In this document: positions 1 through 9,993 of the stretch, piece by piece
Position numbering within the stretch: position 1 is the first letter of the stretch
How the letters are laid out: every line of letters starts with the position of its first letter
Source: Nocardioidaceae bacterium
Lineage (GTDB): Bacteria > Actinomycetota > Actinomycetes > Propionibacteriales > Nocardioidaceae
NCBI GenBank assembly: GCA_035690425.1
Contig: DASSKO010000016.1
Coordinates: 1,175-65,174 of the forward strand
Direction of reading: 5' to 3'
DNA: 64,000 nt
The notes under the pieces: model-generated
Told to the model about the DNA's origin: nothing
Database searches by the model: none
What the model saw: the letters and a program-made list of their open reading frames with translations, nothing else
Program-made: the position numbers and the translations under genes

Positions 1-1439
1 TCGAGCGTCGGTTCCAGCCTGTGCTGGTGCCGGAGCCGAGCGTCGAGGACACGATCGCGGTGTTGTCCGGCCTGCAGGAGCGTTACGAGGAGCACCACCA
101 GGTGCGCTTCACCGACGACGCGATCGTGGCAGCCGCCGAGCTGTCAGACCGCTACGTCTCCGACCGGTTCCTGCCGGACAAGGCGATCGACCTGATCGAC
201 CAGGCCGGCGCGCGCAGGCGGCTGCGTGCCTCGACCGTGCCTCCGGACGTCCGCAACCTGCAGCAGCGGATCGAGCAGCTGACGCAGGAGAAGGACGCCG
301 CGGTCGGCGAGGAGCGTTATGAGCAGGCCTCCCGGCTCCGCGACCAGCTCGTCGGCCTGGAGGCCGAGCTGGCGAGCAGCAGTGTCCAGGACGACGACGA
401 CATCCTCGAGGTGAGCGTCCAGGACATCGCCGAAGTGGTGTCGCGGGCGACCGGGGTGCCGATCAGCCAGCTGACCGCAGCCGAGAAGACGCGTCTGCAG
501 CACCTCGAGCAGGAGCTGCACCAGCGAGTGATCGGTCAGGACGACGCGGTACGTGCCGTGGCGCGTGCGGTCCGGCGCTCCCGGGCCGGCCTGGGCAACC
601 CGCACCGGCCGGTCGGCAGCTTCTTGTTCGTCGGCCCGACCGGGGTCGGCAAGACCGAGCTGGCCAAGGCGCTGGCCGAGACCATGTTCGGTGACGAGGA
701 CCGGATGGTGCGGCTCGACATGAGCGAGTTCGGCGAGCGGCACACCACCAGCCGGTTGTTCGGTGCGCCTCCGGGCTACGTCGGGTACGGCGAAGCCGGT
801 GAGCTGACCGAAGCCGTACGCCGGCGCCCATACACGGTGGTGCTGCTCGACGAGGTCGAGAAGGCGCACCCGGACGTCTTCAACACCCTGCTGCAGGTGT
901 TGGAGGACGGTCGGCTGACCGACGGCTCGGGGCGCACGGTCGACTTCACCAACACCGTGCTGATCATGACCAGCAACGTGGGGTCGGAGCTGATCTCCTC
1001 CCCGTCGAGCACCCTCGGCTTCACCTCACCCGGGCAGGGCGACACGGTGCGAGACCTGCGCGACCGGCTGCTGCCGCGGTTGCGTGAGGTCTTCCGGCCG
1101 GAGTTCTTGAACCGGATCGACGAGCTCGTCACGTTCGGCCGCCTCGGTGCCGAGGAGCTGGGCACGATCACCCGGTTGCTGCTGCAGCACACTGCTCAGC
1201 GGCTGACCGCACAGGATGTCGCGGTCGAGTTCGGCGACGAAGCGGTGAGCTGGATCGCCGAGCACGGCAACGAGCCCGCGTTCGGTGCGCGTCCGCTGCG
1301 GCGCACGATCCAGCGCGAGGTCGACGACCGGATCGCCGACCTGCTGCTCGACGGCGAGCTGGCCGCCGGTGGGCGGGTCGTCGTAAGGGTGGAAGAAGGC
1401 ACCCTGACCTTCGTGACCCAGCAGCCAGCGCTGGCCTGA
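1..1439 (+). CDS. clpC: ATP-dependent Clp protease ATP-binding subunit ClpC, C-terminal ~478 aa (5' end outside window)
   Basis: Frame open from nt 3 (ERRFQPVLVPEPSVEDTIAVLSGL). UVR-type linker EKDAAVGEERYEQASRLRDQ. Second AAA+ module with Walker A GPTGVGKTELAK and Walker B VVLLDEVEKAH. GARPLRRTIQ tail. Confidence 0.93.
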   Translation, partial: ERRFQPVLVPEPSVEDTIAVLSGLQERYEEHHQVRFTDDAIVAAAELSDRYVSDRFLPDKAIDLIDQAGARRRLRASTVPPDVRNLQQRIEQLTQEKDAAVGEERYEQASRLRDQLVGLEAELASSSVQDDDDILEVSVQDIAEVVSRATGVPISQLTAAEKTRLQHLEQELHQRVIGQDDAVRAVARAVRRSRAGLGNPHRPVGSFLFVGPTGVGKTELAKALAETMFGDEDRMVRLDMSEFGERHTTSRLFGAPPGYVGYGEAGELTEAVRRRPYTVVLLDEVEKAHPDVFNTLLQVLEDGRLTDGSGRTVDFTNTVLIMTSNVGSELISSPSSTLGFTSPGQGDTVRDLRDRLLPRLREVFRPEFLNRIDELVTFGRLGAEELGTITRLLLQHTAQRLTAQDVAVEFGDEAVSWIAEHGNEPAFGARPLRRTIQREVDDRIADLLLDGELAAGGRVVVRVEEGTLTFVTQQPALA

Positions 1440-1655
1440 CGCCACTGGTCGTCATCCCCGCTGCAGGTGGCGGGCGGGACTCACTCCCGCCCGCCACTTC
1501 TGCGTCTGGAGGTGGCGACGGCGGACCGACCGAGGCCGCCGGTCTGCGCGCCCGAGCGGTCGGCCGGTACAGGCTGTCCGAGGGTGGCGATAAGGTCGGC
1601 TGAGCCGGCAAGTTCACTCGGGGGCTGTGCTCGGAGCCGGCAAGGAGACGTCGGT

Positions 1656-2897
1656 ATGCGTAACACTCCGCTCTCGCCGTCCGGCGTGGAGCAGCTCGTG
1701 GGCTACCTGCGTGTGTTCGGTCTCTTGGCCGGCGTCCCACTGGTGCTGCTCACCGAGTTCCCCGACACGGCTTGGTTCGTGCTGGCGGTCGCGACGCTGG
1801 CTGCGCTGTCGGCGCTGACGCTGGTGTTGTGGCTGGCGCCGCGGTGGTCGAGCTGGCGGCCGGGGGTGTTCGTCCATGTCGGGTTCGGCGCGGACGTCGT
1901 CGTCATCATCGGCCTCGTGCTGGCTTTCGCGCACGTGCAGCCCAACGTGTCCTGGGCAGCGGTCTTCACACTGCTTGCCGATGCCGCGCTGCGGTACGGC
2001 GTCTGGGGGGCGGTGGTCGGCCTGCTGCTGGGCGGTGCCCTGTTCGCCGCACAGGTGCAGCTGCACGCAGCCGCAACCGGGCAGCCGGTCGACCCCGCCG
2101 GGTACCTGTTCGCCGCCTCGACGCTGGTGGGCGTCGCGGGAGCCCTGGCCGGGTTCAGCCACGCGGTCGACCGCCAGCACCGCACCACCGACGAGCACGC
2201 CCGCACGCTCGCCGACGCCGAGCGTGTCCGCGACCGGCTGCTCGCGGCATCCGCGCACGAGCTGCAGGGATCGCTGACCGCCGTGCATCTCGGCGCCGAC
2301 ACCGTGCGCATGCACGCCGACCAGATGACACCGCAGCAGATCCGCACCACCCTCGACGTGGTGGTGCGTCAAAGCGCCTACCTGCGACGCCTCGTCTCCG
2401 ACCTGCTGTCGGTCGCGCGGGCGCACAGCGAGGACGTGAGCCTGACCTCGACGACCGCCGACGTCGCGGACACGATCGACGGCGCGCTCGCGGCGGCGAA
2501 CCGGCACCGCGACCAGCATCTCCTCGAGCTGTCGGTCCCGCGGATGGTCGCCGACCTCGACCACGAGCGGCTCCAGCAGGTCGTGCGCAACCTGGTCGAG
2601 AACGCCTTCAAGTACACCCCGCCCGGCGGGCGGGTGAGCCTGAGCGCACAGCACCACGGTGACGTGTTCGAGCTGCGGGTTGCCGACTCCGGCCCCGGGA
2701 TCCCGTCGGCGGACCGAGAGCGGATCTTCGAGCCATTCCGTCGCCGTGCCGACAGCTCCGAGCGTGCCGACAGCGTTGGTCTGGGCCTCTACCTGGTCAA
2801 GCAGATCGTCGACGCGATGGACGGCACCCTCGACCTCTACACGTCGTCGACCGGCAGCGAGTTCGTGGTGCGGTTGCCTGCGGTCGTGGAGTCCTGA
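1656..2897 (+). CDS. Membrane sensor histidine kinase (no adjacent response regulator)
   Basis: ATG 1656 preceded by AAGGAG (1642-1647). Hydrophobic N-terminal half. H-box SAHELQGSLTAV, N-box VRNLVENAFKYT, G-boxes DSGPGIP and GLGLYLVKQIV. The ORF-track start at 1467 looks like an upstream extension. Confidence 0.85.
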   Translation: MRNTPLSPSGVEQLVGYLRVFGLLAGVPLVLLTEFPDTAWFVLAVATLAALSALTLVLWLAPRWSSWRPGVFVHVGFGADVVVIIGLVLAFAHVQPNVSWAAVFTLLADAALRYGVWGAVVGLLLGGALFAAQVQLHAAATGQPVDPAGYLFAASTLVGVAGALAGFSHAVDRQHRTTDEHARTLADAERVRDRLLAASAHELQGSLTAVHLGADTVRMHADQMTPQQIRTTLDVVVRQSAYLRRLVSDLLSVARAHSEDVSLTSTTADVADTIDGALAAANRHRDQHLLELSVPRMVADLDHERLQQVVRNLVENAFKYTPPGGRVSLSAQHHGDVFELRVADSGPGIPSADRERIFEPFRRRADSSERADSVGLGLYLVKQIVDAMDGTLDLYTSSTGSEFVVRLPAVVES

Positions 2898-2901
2898 GCG
2901 G

Positions 2902-4344
2902 GTGAGGGACAATGCAGGCGTGGTTGCCATCCCGAACGTCCTCGCGCACCGTTACGCCTCGGCCGAGCTTGCCGGGATCTGGTCCCCCGAGCACAAGGTC
3001 GTGCTGGAGCGCCGGCTGTGGATCGCGGTGCTGAAGGCGCAGCGTGACCTCGGTGTCGACGTACCCGAGGGTGTGGTCGAGGCCTACGAGAAGGTCGTCG
3101 ACGACGTCGACCTGGCCTCCATCGCCGAGCGTGAGCGAGTCACCCGGCACGACGTCAAGGCCCGGATCGAGGAGTTCAGCGCGCTGGCCGGGCACGAGCA
3201 CGTGCACAAGGGCATGACCAGCCGGGATCTCACCGAGAACGTCGAGCAGCTGCAGGTGCGCGCCTCGCTGGTGATCGTGCGTGACCGGGTCGTGGCGACC
3301 CTGGCCCGGCTGGCCCGGCTCGCGGCCGAGCAGCGCACGCTGGTGATGGCCGGCCGCTCGCACAACGTCGCGGCGCAGGCGACGACGATGGGCAAGCGGT
3401 TCGCGACGGTGGCCGACGAGCTGCTGGTGGCGCTGGATCGGCTGGAGAGCCTGCTCACCCGCTACCCACTGCGTGGCATCAAGGGGCCGGTCGGCACCGC
3501 GCAGGACCAGCTCGACCTGCTCGGCGGCGACGCCAGCAAGCTGGCCGAGCTCGAGCAGCGGGTGGCGCAGCACCTCGGCTTCGACCGGGTGCTGACCAGT
3601 GTCGGACAGGTCTATCCCCGTTCGCTCGACTTCGACGTGCTCTCCGCGCTCGTGCAGGTGGCTGCCGCACCGTCCAACCTGGCCACCACGATCAGGCTGA
3701 TGGCCGGCAACGAGCTGGTCACCGAGGGCTTCCGGCCCGGTCAGGTCGGCTCGTCGGCGATGCCGCACAAGATGAACACGCGCTCCTGCGAGCGGGTCAA
3801 CGGCCTCGCCGTGGTGCTGCGGGGTAACCTGTCGATGGTGGGCGAGCTGGCCGGTGACCAGTGGAACGAGGGCGACGTGTCCTGCTCCGTCGTACGCCGG
3901 GTCGCCCTCCCGGACGCGTTCTTCGCCGCCGACGGGCTGTTCGAGACCTGCATGACCGTGCTCGACGAGTTCGGCGTCTTCCCCGCGGTCGTGCAGCGAG
4001 AGCTCGACCGCTATCTGCCCTTCCTCGCCACCACCAAGGTGCTGATGGCGGCGGTGCGCTCCGGGGTCGGGCGGGAAAGCGCGCACGAGGCGATCAAGGA
4101 GCACGCGGTCACGGTGGCGCTGCAGATGCGCGAGCAGGGCGCGGCCGACAACGACCTGGTCGCCCGGCTGGCCGGCGACCCTCGGCTCGGGCTTGCGCGC
4201 GACGCGCTGGACGCCGCGGTGGCCGAGCCGCTGGCCTTCACCGGCGCGGCCGTCGCCCAGGTCGACGAGGTCGTACGCCGGGTCGAGGCCGTGGCCGCCC
4301 GCTACCCCGAGGCCGCCGCGTACGCGCCCGGCGACATCCTCTGA
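2902..4344 (+). CDS. purB: Adenylosuccinate lyase
   Basis: 480 aa from GTG 2902 (alternative GTG 2920). N-terminus IPNVLAHRYASAELAGIWSPEHKV. Fumarate-lyase family signature GSSAMPHKMNTRSCE. Confidence 0.93.
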   Translation: MRDNAGVVAIPNVLAHRYASAELAGIWSPEHKVVLERRLWIAVLKAQRDLGVDVPEGVVEAYEKVVDDVDLASIAERERVTRHDVKARIEEFSALAGHEHVHKGMTSRDLTENVEQLQVRASLVIVRDRVVATLARLARLAAEQRTLVMAGRSHNVAAQATTMGKRFATVADELLVALDRLESLLTRYPLRGIKGPVGTAQDQLDLLGGDASKLAELEQRVAQHLGFDRVLTSVGQVYPRSLDFDVLSALVQVAAAPSNLATTIRLMAGNELVTEGFRPGQVGSSAMPHKMNTRSCERVNGLAVVLRGNLSMVGELAGDQWNEGDVSCSVVRRVALPDAFFAADGLFETCMTVLDEFGVFPAVVQRELDRYLPFLATTKVLMAAVRSGVGRESAHEAIKEHAVTVALQMREQGAADNDLVARLAGDPRLGLARDALDAAVAEPLAFTGAAVAQVDEVVRRVEAVAARYPEAAAYAPGDIL

Positions 4345-4425
4345 CCACCGCCCTCTCCCTTCGCGCCGAGATCGCGAGTTTGCCCCGCCGCGTGGACGCC
4401 GAGACCGCCGAGTCGGGTCAGCGGG

Positions 4426-5550
4426 TCAGTCGGGTACGTCGAGGAAGTCGGCGTCGTCGGACCCGGTGTAGGCCGCGCGCTGCACCGTGGCGTCGTCCTC
4501 GAGGCCGGCGCCGAACGCGGATCCGACCAGTGCCACCACGCTCGCGAGACCGCCGATGCGCAGCAGCGTCGCCGCCGAGACGGCATGACCGACGGTCTCG
4601 GCGACGAGGCCGTACGGCAGCAGCAACAGGGTTGCGGCGACACTGGCCACCACGAGACCGACGTACAGGGCCGCCACGCCCAGCCCGACGCTGACCCACA
4701 CCGCGGTGTTGTGGATTATCACGGTGCGCCGGACGCGGCGAGACGGGGCACGCTCCAGCAAGCCGCCACCGATGGCCAGGACCGCGGTAGTGGCCGCCAG
4801 CACGAGCAGCGCGATGACGGCGAGCCGCGCAGGGTGCAGGCGGTCGGCGATCAGCCATACGTCCGGGGTGACCAGTGCGATCACGGCTGCCGCGAACGCG
4901 CCGACCAACGTGCGCGACAGGCGCACCGTCAGCAGCCATGGCCGGTTGGCCACCACCATGCCGACCAGGAGCCGGACACTGCCCCGCAGGGTCTTCGTCA
5001 CGAATGCGATGCCCTCGCTGTCGTGATCGGCGTCGGTCGCCAGCTCGCGAAACGCTCGCACCGAGGACTCGCCCGGATCCTCCGCCTCGACCGCTGCCAG
5101 CACCAGCCGCGCGGCCACCGTCGCCGCCCGCCGCCCGGAGCGAGCCCCCAGGGCAGGCACGCTGATCACGACGCTCTGCTGGACCGGACTGACGTGTGCG
5201 GAGACTGGACGTCCGTGCAGCTGCATCGGCTGGTCGGTCAGCACGACGACGAGATCCACGTCATGCGCGAGCAGCGCCGCGCGGCCCCATGACAGCAACC
5301 CGCCGATGTCGCCTGCGGGCGTAGGAGGAAGGGCTGCCCCGTCGGCAGACGCCGGTCGAACGGCCTCGACCGACCACTCGATGTCGCCGTGCGTGACCGA
5401 GAGCTCTCGGGCGATACCGGCTGCGACGGTCGAGGTGTCGAGGGCCGGGGCGGCGGCTGCCAGCCCCGACGAGGGCGCCGACAGCACACCTACGACGACG
5501 GTGGGTCGCGGGTGGTCAGCGTCGGCAGGATCCATGGGCACGACCATCAT
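4426..5550 (-). CDS. Hypothetical polytopic membrane protein
   Basis: Long ORF in the gap between purB and purC. The C-terminal half has several hydrophobic helices (LAVIALLVLAATTAVLAIGGG, VWVSVGLGVAALYVGLVVASVAATLLLL). Start ambiguous (ATG 5550/5547 or 5643). No family recognised. Confidence 0.5.
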   Translation of the reverse strand: MMVVPMDPADADHPRPTVVVGVLSAPSSGLAAAAPALDTSTVAAGIARELSVTHGDIEWSVEAVRPASADGAALPPTPAGDIGGLLSWGRAALLAHDVDLVVVLTDQPMQLHGRPVSAHVSPVQQSVVISVPALGARSGRRAATVAARLVLAAVEAEDPGESSVRAFRELATDADHDSEGIAFVTKTLRGSVRLLVGMVVANRPWLLTVRLSRTLVGAFAAAVIALVTPDVWLIADRLHPARLAVIALLVLAATTAVLAIGGGLLERAPSRRVRRTVIIHNTAVWVSVGLGVAALYVGLVVASVAATLLLLPYGLVAETVGHAVSAATLLRIGGLASVVALVGSAFGAGLEDDATVQRAAYTGSDDADFLDVPD

Positions 5551-5669
5551 GCCGCAGACTCGTCCCTCGTCCGCGGCAAGACCGCCGTCAAGGTGGTCAA
5601 CCGCCGGCCGGCGCGGTGGGTGGTGCCGAGGGGCGCCGGCCATGGCCGGCGCCGTGACAAGATCGCGTC

Positions 5670-6560
5670 ATGATCCCTGCCGCGCCCGAGATCGCCGGAG
5701 CCACGCACATCCACTCCGGCAAGGTCCGTGACCTCTACCGGCTCGCCGACGGCAACCTGCTGATGGTCGCCAGCGACCGCATCTCCGCCTACGACTTCGT
5801 GCTTTCGCCCGGCATCCCCGACAAGGGCGTGGTGCTCACGCAGCTGTCGCTGTGGTGGTTCGACCAGCTGACCGGCATCGCCGACAACCATGTGCGCTCG
5901 ACCGACGTACCCGCTGGCTTCGAGCGGCGGTCGGTGGTGTGCGAGCGGCTGGAGATGTTCCCGGTCGAGTGCGTGGCGCGCGGCTACCTCACCGGGTCCG
6001 GGTACGCCGACTACCAGCGCAGCGGAGAGGTCTGCGGGATCAGCCTGCCCGAGGGGCTGCAGGACGGGTCGCGGCTCCCCGCACCGATCTTCACGCCGGC
6101 CACCAAGGCGCAGATGGGCGAGCACGACCAGAACGTCTCCTATGACGAGGTCGTGGCCACGGTCGGGGCAGAAGCCGCGGCGACGCTCCGCGACCTCACG
6201 ATCGAGGTCTACCGGCGGGCCGAGCAGATCACCCGTGAACGCGGCATCATCCTCGCCGACACCAAGCTGGAGTTCGGCCGACGGGCCGACGGCACCATCG
6301 TGCTCGCCGACGAGGTGCTTACCCCCGACTCGTCGCGGTTCTGGCCGGCCGACGCCTGGCGGCCCGGCCGGGCACAGCCGTCCTTCGACAAGCAGTTCGT
6401 GCGCGACTGGCTGACCTCACCCGACAGCGGTTGGGACCGCGGTTCCGACGACGCTCCACCCCCGCTCCCGAATGCGGTCGTAGACAGCACCCGCGCCCGC
6501 TACCTCGAGGCCTACGAGCGGCTGACCGGCCACCTCTGGACGCATCACGATGGCCGTTGA
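5670..6560 (+). CDS. purC: Phosphoribosylaminoimidazole-succinocarboxamide (SAICAR) synthase
   Basis: 296 aa. HSGKVRDLY, MVASDRISAYD, ILADTKLEFG and LTPDSSRFW are typical of long-form actinobacterial PurC. Confidence 0.93.
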   Translation: MIPAAPEIAGATHIHSGKVRDLYRLADGNLLMVASDRISAYDFVLSPGIPDKGVVLTQLSLWWFDQLTGIADNHVRSTDVPAGFERRSVVCERLEMFPVECVARGYLTGSGYADYQRSGEVCGISLPEGLQDGSRLPAPIFTPATKAQMGEHDQNVSYDEVVATVGAEAAATLRDLTIEVYRRAEQITRERGIILADTKLEFGRRADGTIVLADEVLTPDSSRFWPADAWRPGRAQPSFDKQFVRDWLTSPDSGWDRGSDDAPPPLPNAVVDSTRARYLEAYERLTGHLWTHHDGR

Positions 6561-6666
6561 GATTGAAGATGCTGTTGGCAGGTAAGGACTCTGCAGTCGC
6601 CATCGACGGTCCTGCCCCGACGCCGCTAATGTCAGCGCATCGGAGCCCATACCGCTGGAGGACCAG

Positions 6667-8217
6667 ATGCTCAACCTCGCTTGCCTGCTCGAGGACTCCG
6701 CCCGCAAGGTTCCCGATCGTGACGCGCTGGTGCTGGGTGACACCCGGCTGCCGTACAAGGCCGTCGACGCGGCGGCAAACCAGGTGGCAAACCTGCTCGT
6801 GTCCGAGGGAATACAGCCTGGCGACAAGGTAGCGCTCACCTGCCCGAACCTGCCGTACTTCCCGATCGCCTACTACGGCATCCTCAAGGCCGGTGCGGTT
6901 GTCGTGCCGCTCAACGTGCTGCTCAAGGGCCGCGAGATCGCCTACCACCTCGCCGACTCCGACGCCAAGGCGTACTTGTGCTTCGAGGGCACCGCGGAGC
7001 TGCCGATGGGGGCCGACGGGTTCGCCGGATTCAACGACACGGCGGCCTGCGAACACTTCTTCGTCATCACCGCCGACCCGGCGGCGCCGTCCCCCATCGA
7101 GGGTGCGGGCTCCTTCGGGGCTGCGGTCAACGGTCAGTCGCCAGTGTTCGACACCGTGGTCACCGAGCCGAGCGACACGGCGGTGATCCTCTACACCTCC
7201 GGGACCACGGGTCAGCCCAAGGGAGCCGAGCTGTCGCACTCCAGCATGGTGATGAACGTGCTTACCAACCATCGGCTGTTCGGGAGCACGCCCACCTCGC
7301 CCGACGTACACCTGGTGACGTTGCCGTTGTTCCACTCCTTCGGCCAGACCGTGCAGATGAACTCCGGCTTCGCGCTCGGCTCGACTCTGGTGCTGATGCC
7401 GCGCTTCGACCCCGCGGCCGCGCTCGCGCTGATGCAGCAGGAAGATGTGTCCTTCTTCGCCGGGGTGCCCACGATGTACTGGGCCCTGCTCGGTGCGCTC
7501 GACGAGGCCGTCGACGTCGACAAGATCGCGGAGAAGCTGCGCACGGCCGTCTCCGGAGGCTCCTCACTCCCGGTCGAGATCATCCGTGAGGTCAAGGACC
7601 GCTTCCATGTCCAGATCCTGGAGGGTTACGGGTTGTCGGAGACCTCACCGGTGGCCACCTTCAACCACCGTGACCGCGCTCCCAAACCAGGCTCGATCGG
7701 TACGGCGATCTGGGGCGTCGAGGTCAAGCTGGTCGACGGTGACTGGAAGACCGTCGACGGCGTCGACGAGATGGGCGAGATCGCGGTCAAGGGCCACAAC
7801 GTCATGTCGGGCTACTACAACCGGCCCGATGCCACCGCGGAGGTGATGCGTGACGGCTGGTTCAGAACCGGAGACTTGGCCCGGCGGGACGAGGACGGCT
7901 ACTACTACATCGTCGACCGGGCCAAGGACCTGATCATCCGGGGCGGCTTCAACGTCTATCCGCGCGAGGTCGAGGAAGTGCTGCTCACCCACGAGGCGGT
8001 CTCGCTCTGTGCGGTCGTGGGCGTGCCCGACGACCGGAACGGCGAGGAGATCAAGGCGTTCGTGATCAAGAACCAGGGTGCGGACGTCACCGGTGCCGAG
8101 TTGATCGAGTGGGCCAAAGAGCAGATGGCCGGCTACAAGTACCCGCGGCTCGTGGAGTTCCGCGACGAGCTGCCGATGACCGCCAGCGGCAAGATTCTCA
8201 AGCGCGAGCTCAGCTGA
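6667..8217 (+). CDS. AMP-dependent acyl-CoA synthetase/ligase (long-chain fatty-acid-CoA ligase type)
   Basis: 516 aa. AMP-binding motif ILYTSGTTGQPKGAEL, GYGLSETSP, TGDLARRDEDGYYYIVDRAKD, C-terminal SGKILKREL. Confidence 0.9.
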   Translation: MLNLACLLEDSARKVPDRDALVLGDTRLPYKAVDAAANQVANLLVSEGIQPGDKVALTCPNLPYFPIAYYGILKAGAVVVPLNVLLKGREIAYHLADSDAKAYLCFEGTAELPMGADGFAGFNDTAACEHFFVITADPAAPSPIEGAGSFGAAVNGQSPVFDTVVTEPSDTAVILYTSGTTGQPKGAELSHSSMVMNVLTNHRLFGSTPTSPDVHLVTLPLFHSFGQTVQMNSGFALGSTLVLMPRFDPAAALALMQQEDVSFFAGVPTMYWALLGALDEAVDVDKIAEKLRTAVSGGSSLPVEIIREVKDRFHVQILEGYGLSETSPVATFNHRDRAPKPGSIGTAIWGVEVKLVDGDWKTVDGVDEMGEIAVKGHNVMSGYYNRPDATAEVMRDGWFRTGDLARRDEDGYYYIVDRAKDLIIRGGFNVYPREVEEVLLTHEAVSLCAVVGVPDDRNGEEIKAFVIKNQGADVTGAELIEWAKEQMAGYKYPRLVEFRDELPMTASGKILKRELS

Positions 8218-8232
8218 TCCGTCCGCCGGAGC

Positions 8233-9303
8233 TCAGCGCGCGGCGACGGCGCCGCCGCGTCGGTGGTCCAGCGCCAGAACCAGCGGCTCGACGTCGACCA
8301 GGCCGATGAGGTTGCCGCGGCGGTCGGTCACCGCCAGCGGCGCCAGCCGATGCTGCCGGTCGCTGCGGTGCAGTGCTCGGCCGACAGCCGACGAGACCGT
8401 CGTGGAGGCCGCCATCGTCATCGCAGGCACCCAGGTGCCGGCCACGTCGACCGCCAGGGGCCGGCCGCTGTGGTCACAGCGAACCTCGGCCGGGCGGGCG
8501 TCTCGCAGGAAGGCTGCGACGGTCTCGGTGAAGGTGCACCGCAGCCGCAGCTGGCGCAGGCGCGACAGGTCGGGTGGGCTCGGCCAGGGAGGTTGCGCCT
8601 TGCCGAAGATCCAGCCCTGCAGCAGCGGCACGCCGAGGCGCATCACCACCCCGAGCTCGGTCTCGGTCTCGATGCCCTCGGCCAGTAGCCACGCGTCGAG
8701 CTCGGACGCGAGCTCACCCAGCAGCCGGAGGACGGTCTCGGCTGCGGGATCGCTGCCCAGCCGTCGGACCAGGCCCCGGTCGACCTTGATCAGGTCGGGA
8801 CGCACCCGGACCAGTTGAAGCAGTCCGGCGTACCCGGCTCCCGCGTCGTCGGAGGCGATCATTGCGCCGGCGTGGCGAGCGGCCTCCACACCCGCCAGCA
8901 CGGCATCCTCATCCTTCGGCCACGCCGCCTCGGTCAGCTCGAGGATGAGCCCGGACCAGGAGCGGGTGAACTGTGCCTGCACCCGTGCGTCGGCGAGGTC
9001 GCTCGGGCTGAGATTGACCGTAAGGAAGCAGTTCGGTGGGCATCGCGTGCGCAAGGTCTCCAGCTTGGACAGCAGCAGCACACTCAGCTCCACCGAGCAG
9101 CCGAGGCTTTCCGCTACTGCGAAGAAGTCATCGGGCCCCACCTCCCACGCCGGCGGTAGCCGGGTGAGCACCTCATAGCCGGCCACCGACAGGTGCGCCG
9201 CATCGATGATGGGCTGGACGGCCAACGACAGGTGGTCCGGCTCATCCAGCACCGCTCGCACCGCAGCGGTCGTCTCCAGCCGTGCGGTGCTGATCTCGGT
9301 CAC
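8233..9303 (-). CDS. EAL-domain protein (putative c-di-GMP phosphodiesterase) with C-terminal CBS-like tail
   Basis: AVQPIIDAAHLSVAGYEVLTR, ILELTE, SDDAGAGYAG, IKVDRGLV, LAEGIETE and LQGW follow the EAL-domain motif order. The tail LAVTDRRGNLIGLVDV looks CBS-like. Confidence 0.8.
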   Translation of the reverse strand: MTEISTARLETTAAVRAVLDEPDHLSLAVQPIIDAAHLSVAGYEVLTRLPPAWEVGPDDFFAVAESLGCSVELSVLLLSKLETLRTRCPPNCFLTVNLSPSDLADARVQAQFTRSWSGLILELTEAAWPKDEDAVLAGVEAARHAGAMIASDDAGAGYAGLLQLVRVRPDLIKVDRGLVRRLGSDPAAETVLRLLGELASELDAWLLAEGIETETELGVVMRLGVPLLQGWIFGKAQPPWPSPPDLSRLRQLRLRCTFTETVAAFLRDARPAEVRCDHSGRPLAVDVAGTWVPAMTMAASTTVSSAVGRALHRSDRQHRLAPLAVTDRRGNLIGLVDVEPLVLALDHRRGGAVAAR

Positions 9304-9323
9304 GGCGGCGTCAGGCGGCGCAC

Positions 9324-9497
9324 TCAGGCGGCGGGCTGCATGGCGGCTCGCACCTGGCCGACCAGCTCGGGCGTCAGCACCTCCAGCCGGTGATCACGAC
9401 GCGCGTGCTCCGTGACACCGGTCAGGATCTCGTCCTCGGTTCCCACGAACGACGCCGTGCAACCGGTCACCACGTCACCGCATCGAAAGCTCTTCAC
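9324..9497 (-). CDS. DUF1059-family small protein
   Basis: 57 aa from GTG 9497 with GAGGAG 6 nt upstream. VKSFRCGDVVTGCTASFVGTEDEILTGVTEHARRDH matches the DUF1059 pattern. The 212-aa ORF-track version is an upstream extension. Confidence 0.7.
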   Translation of the reverse strand: MKSFRCGDVVTGCTASFVGTEDEILTGVTEHARRDHRLEVLTPELVGQVRAAMQPAA

Positions 9498-9747
9498 TCG
9501 GACTACTCCTCGCCTCATGGACCTCGTCAACACTGCGTCACCGTTATCGGCGGCCGAGAGGCCGTTCTGAGTCAAACCGGGGCATGCGGGGACAGCATGG
9601 AAACCCCAGCCAGGCCCGATGCCAGCGTGGCGAGTTCTGGGGCGGTCCGGGGTACGGCGGACCCCCGCAGCGCGCCACGCTGGCGGGCCATAGACTGACA
9701 CCGCCCGGTTCGACCAGTTCCACTGCCTGACGCGCAAGGAGACCAGC

Positions 9748-9993
9748 GTGGCCCGTGTCGTCGTTGACGTCATGCTCAAGCCAGAGATTCTCGATCCGCA
9801 GGGCAAGGCAGTGCACGGTGCGCTCGACCGGATCGGGCTTGCCGGAGTCGCAGACGTGCGGCAGGGCAAGCGCTTCGAGCTCGAGCTCGACGGCGACCTC
9901 GACGAGGAGCGGATGGCTGAGGTACGCAAGGTCGCGGAGTCGCTGCTGTCCAACCCGGTCATCGAGGACTACGCCGTCAGGGTCGAGAGCTGA
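9748..9993 (+). CDS. purS: Phosphoribosylformylglycinamidine synthase subunit PurS
   Basis: 81 aa. [17 protein letters not shown]...[17 protein letters not shown] at 9736-9741. 1-nt overlap with purQ. Confidence 0.9.
   Translation: MARVVVDVMLKPEILDPQGKAVHGALDRIGLAGVADVRQGKRFELELDGDLDEERMAEVRKVAESLLSNPVIEDYAVRVES

Noticed and set aside
1467-2919. N-terminal extensions in the ORF track, for example the kinase from 1467 and purB from 2659. The same applies to 16185, 22549, 23493, 33768-35726, 43564 and 48584.
   Set aside because: The extended parts are Arg/Pro/Ala-rich, overlap the preceding gene or intergenic region, and lack RBSs. Internal ATG/GTG starts with RBSs or 4-nt stop-start overlaps give proteins of normal family length.
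9498-9747. ZTP (pfl) or purine riboswitch upstream of purS. I also looked upstream of purL (12363-12572) and purF.
   Set aside because: I could not find the conserved ZTP pseudoknot/CCGCCTGGGC-type core or a purine-riboswitch three-way junction. Only a generic hairpin is reported.
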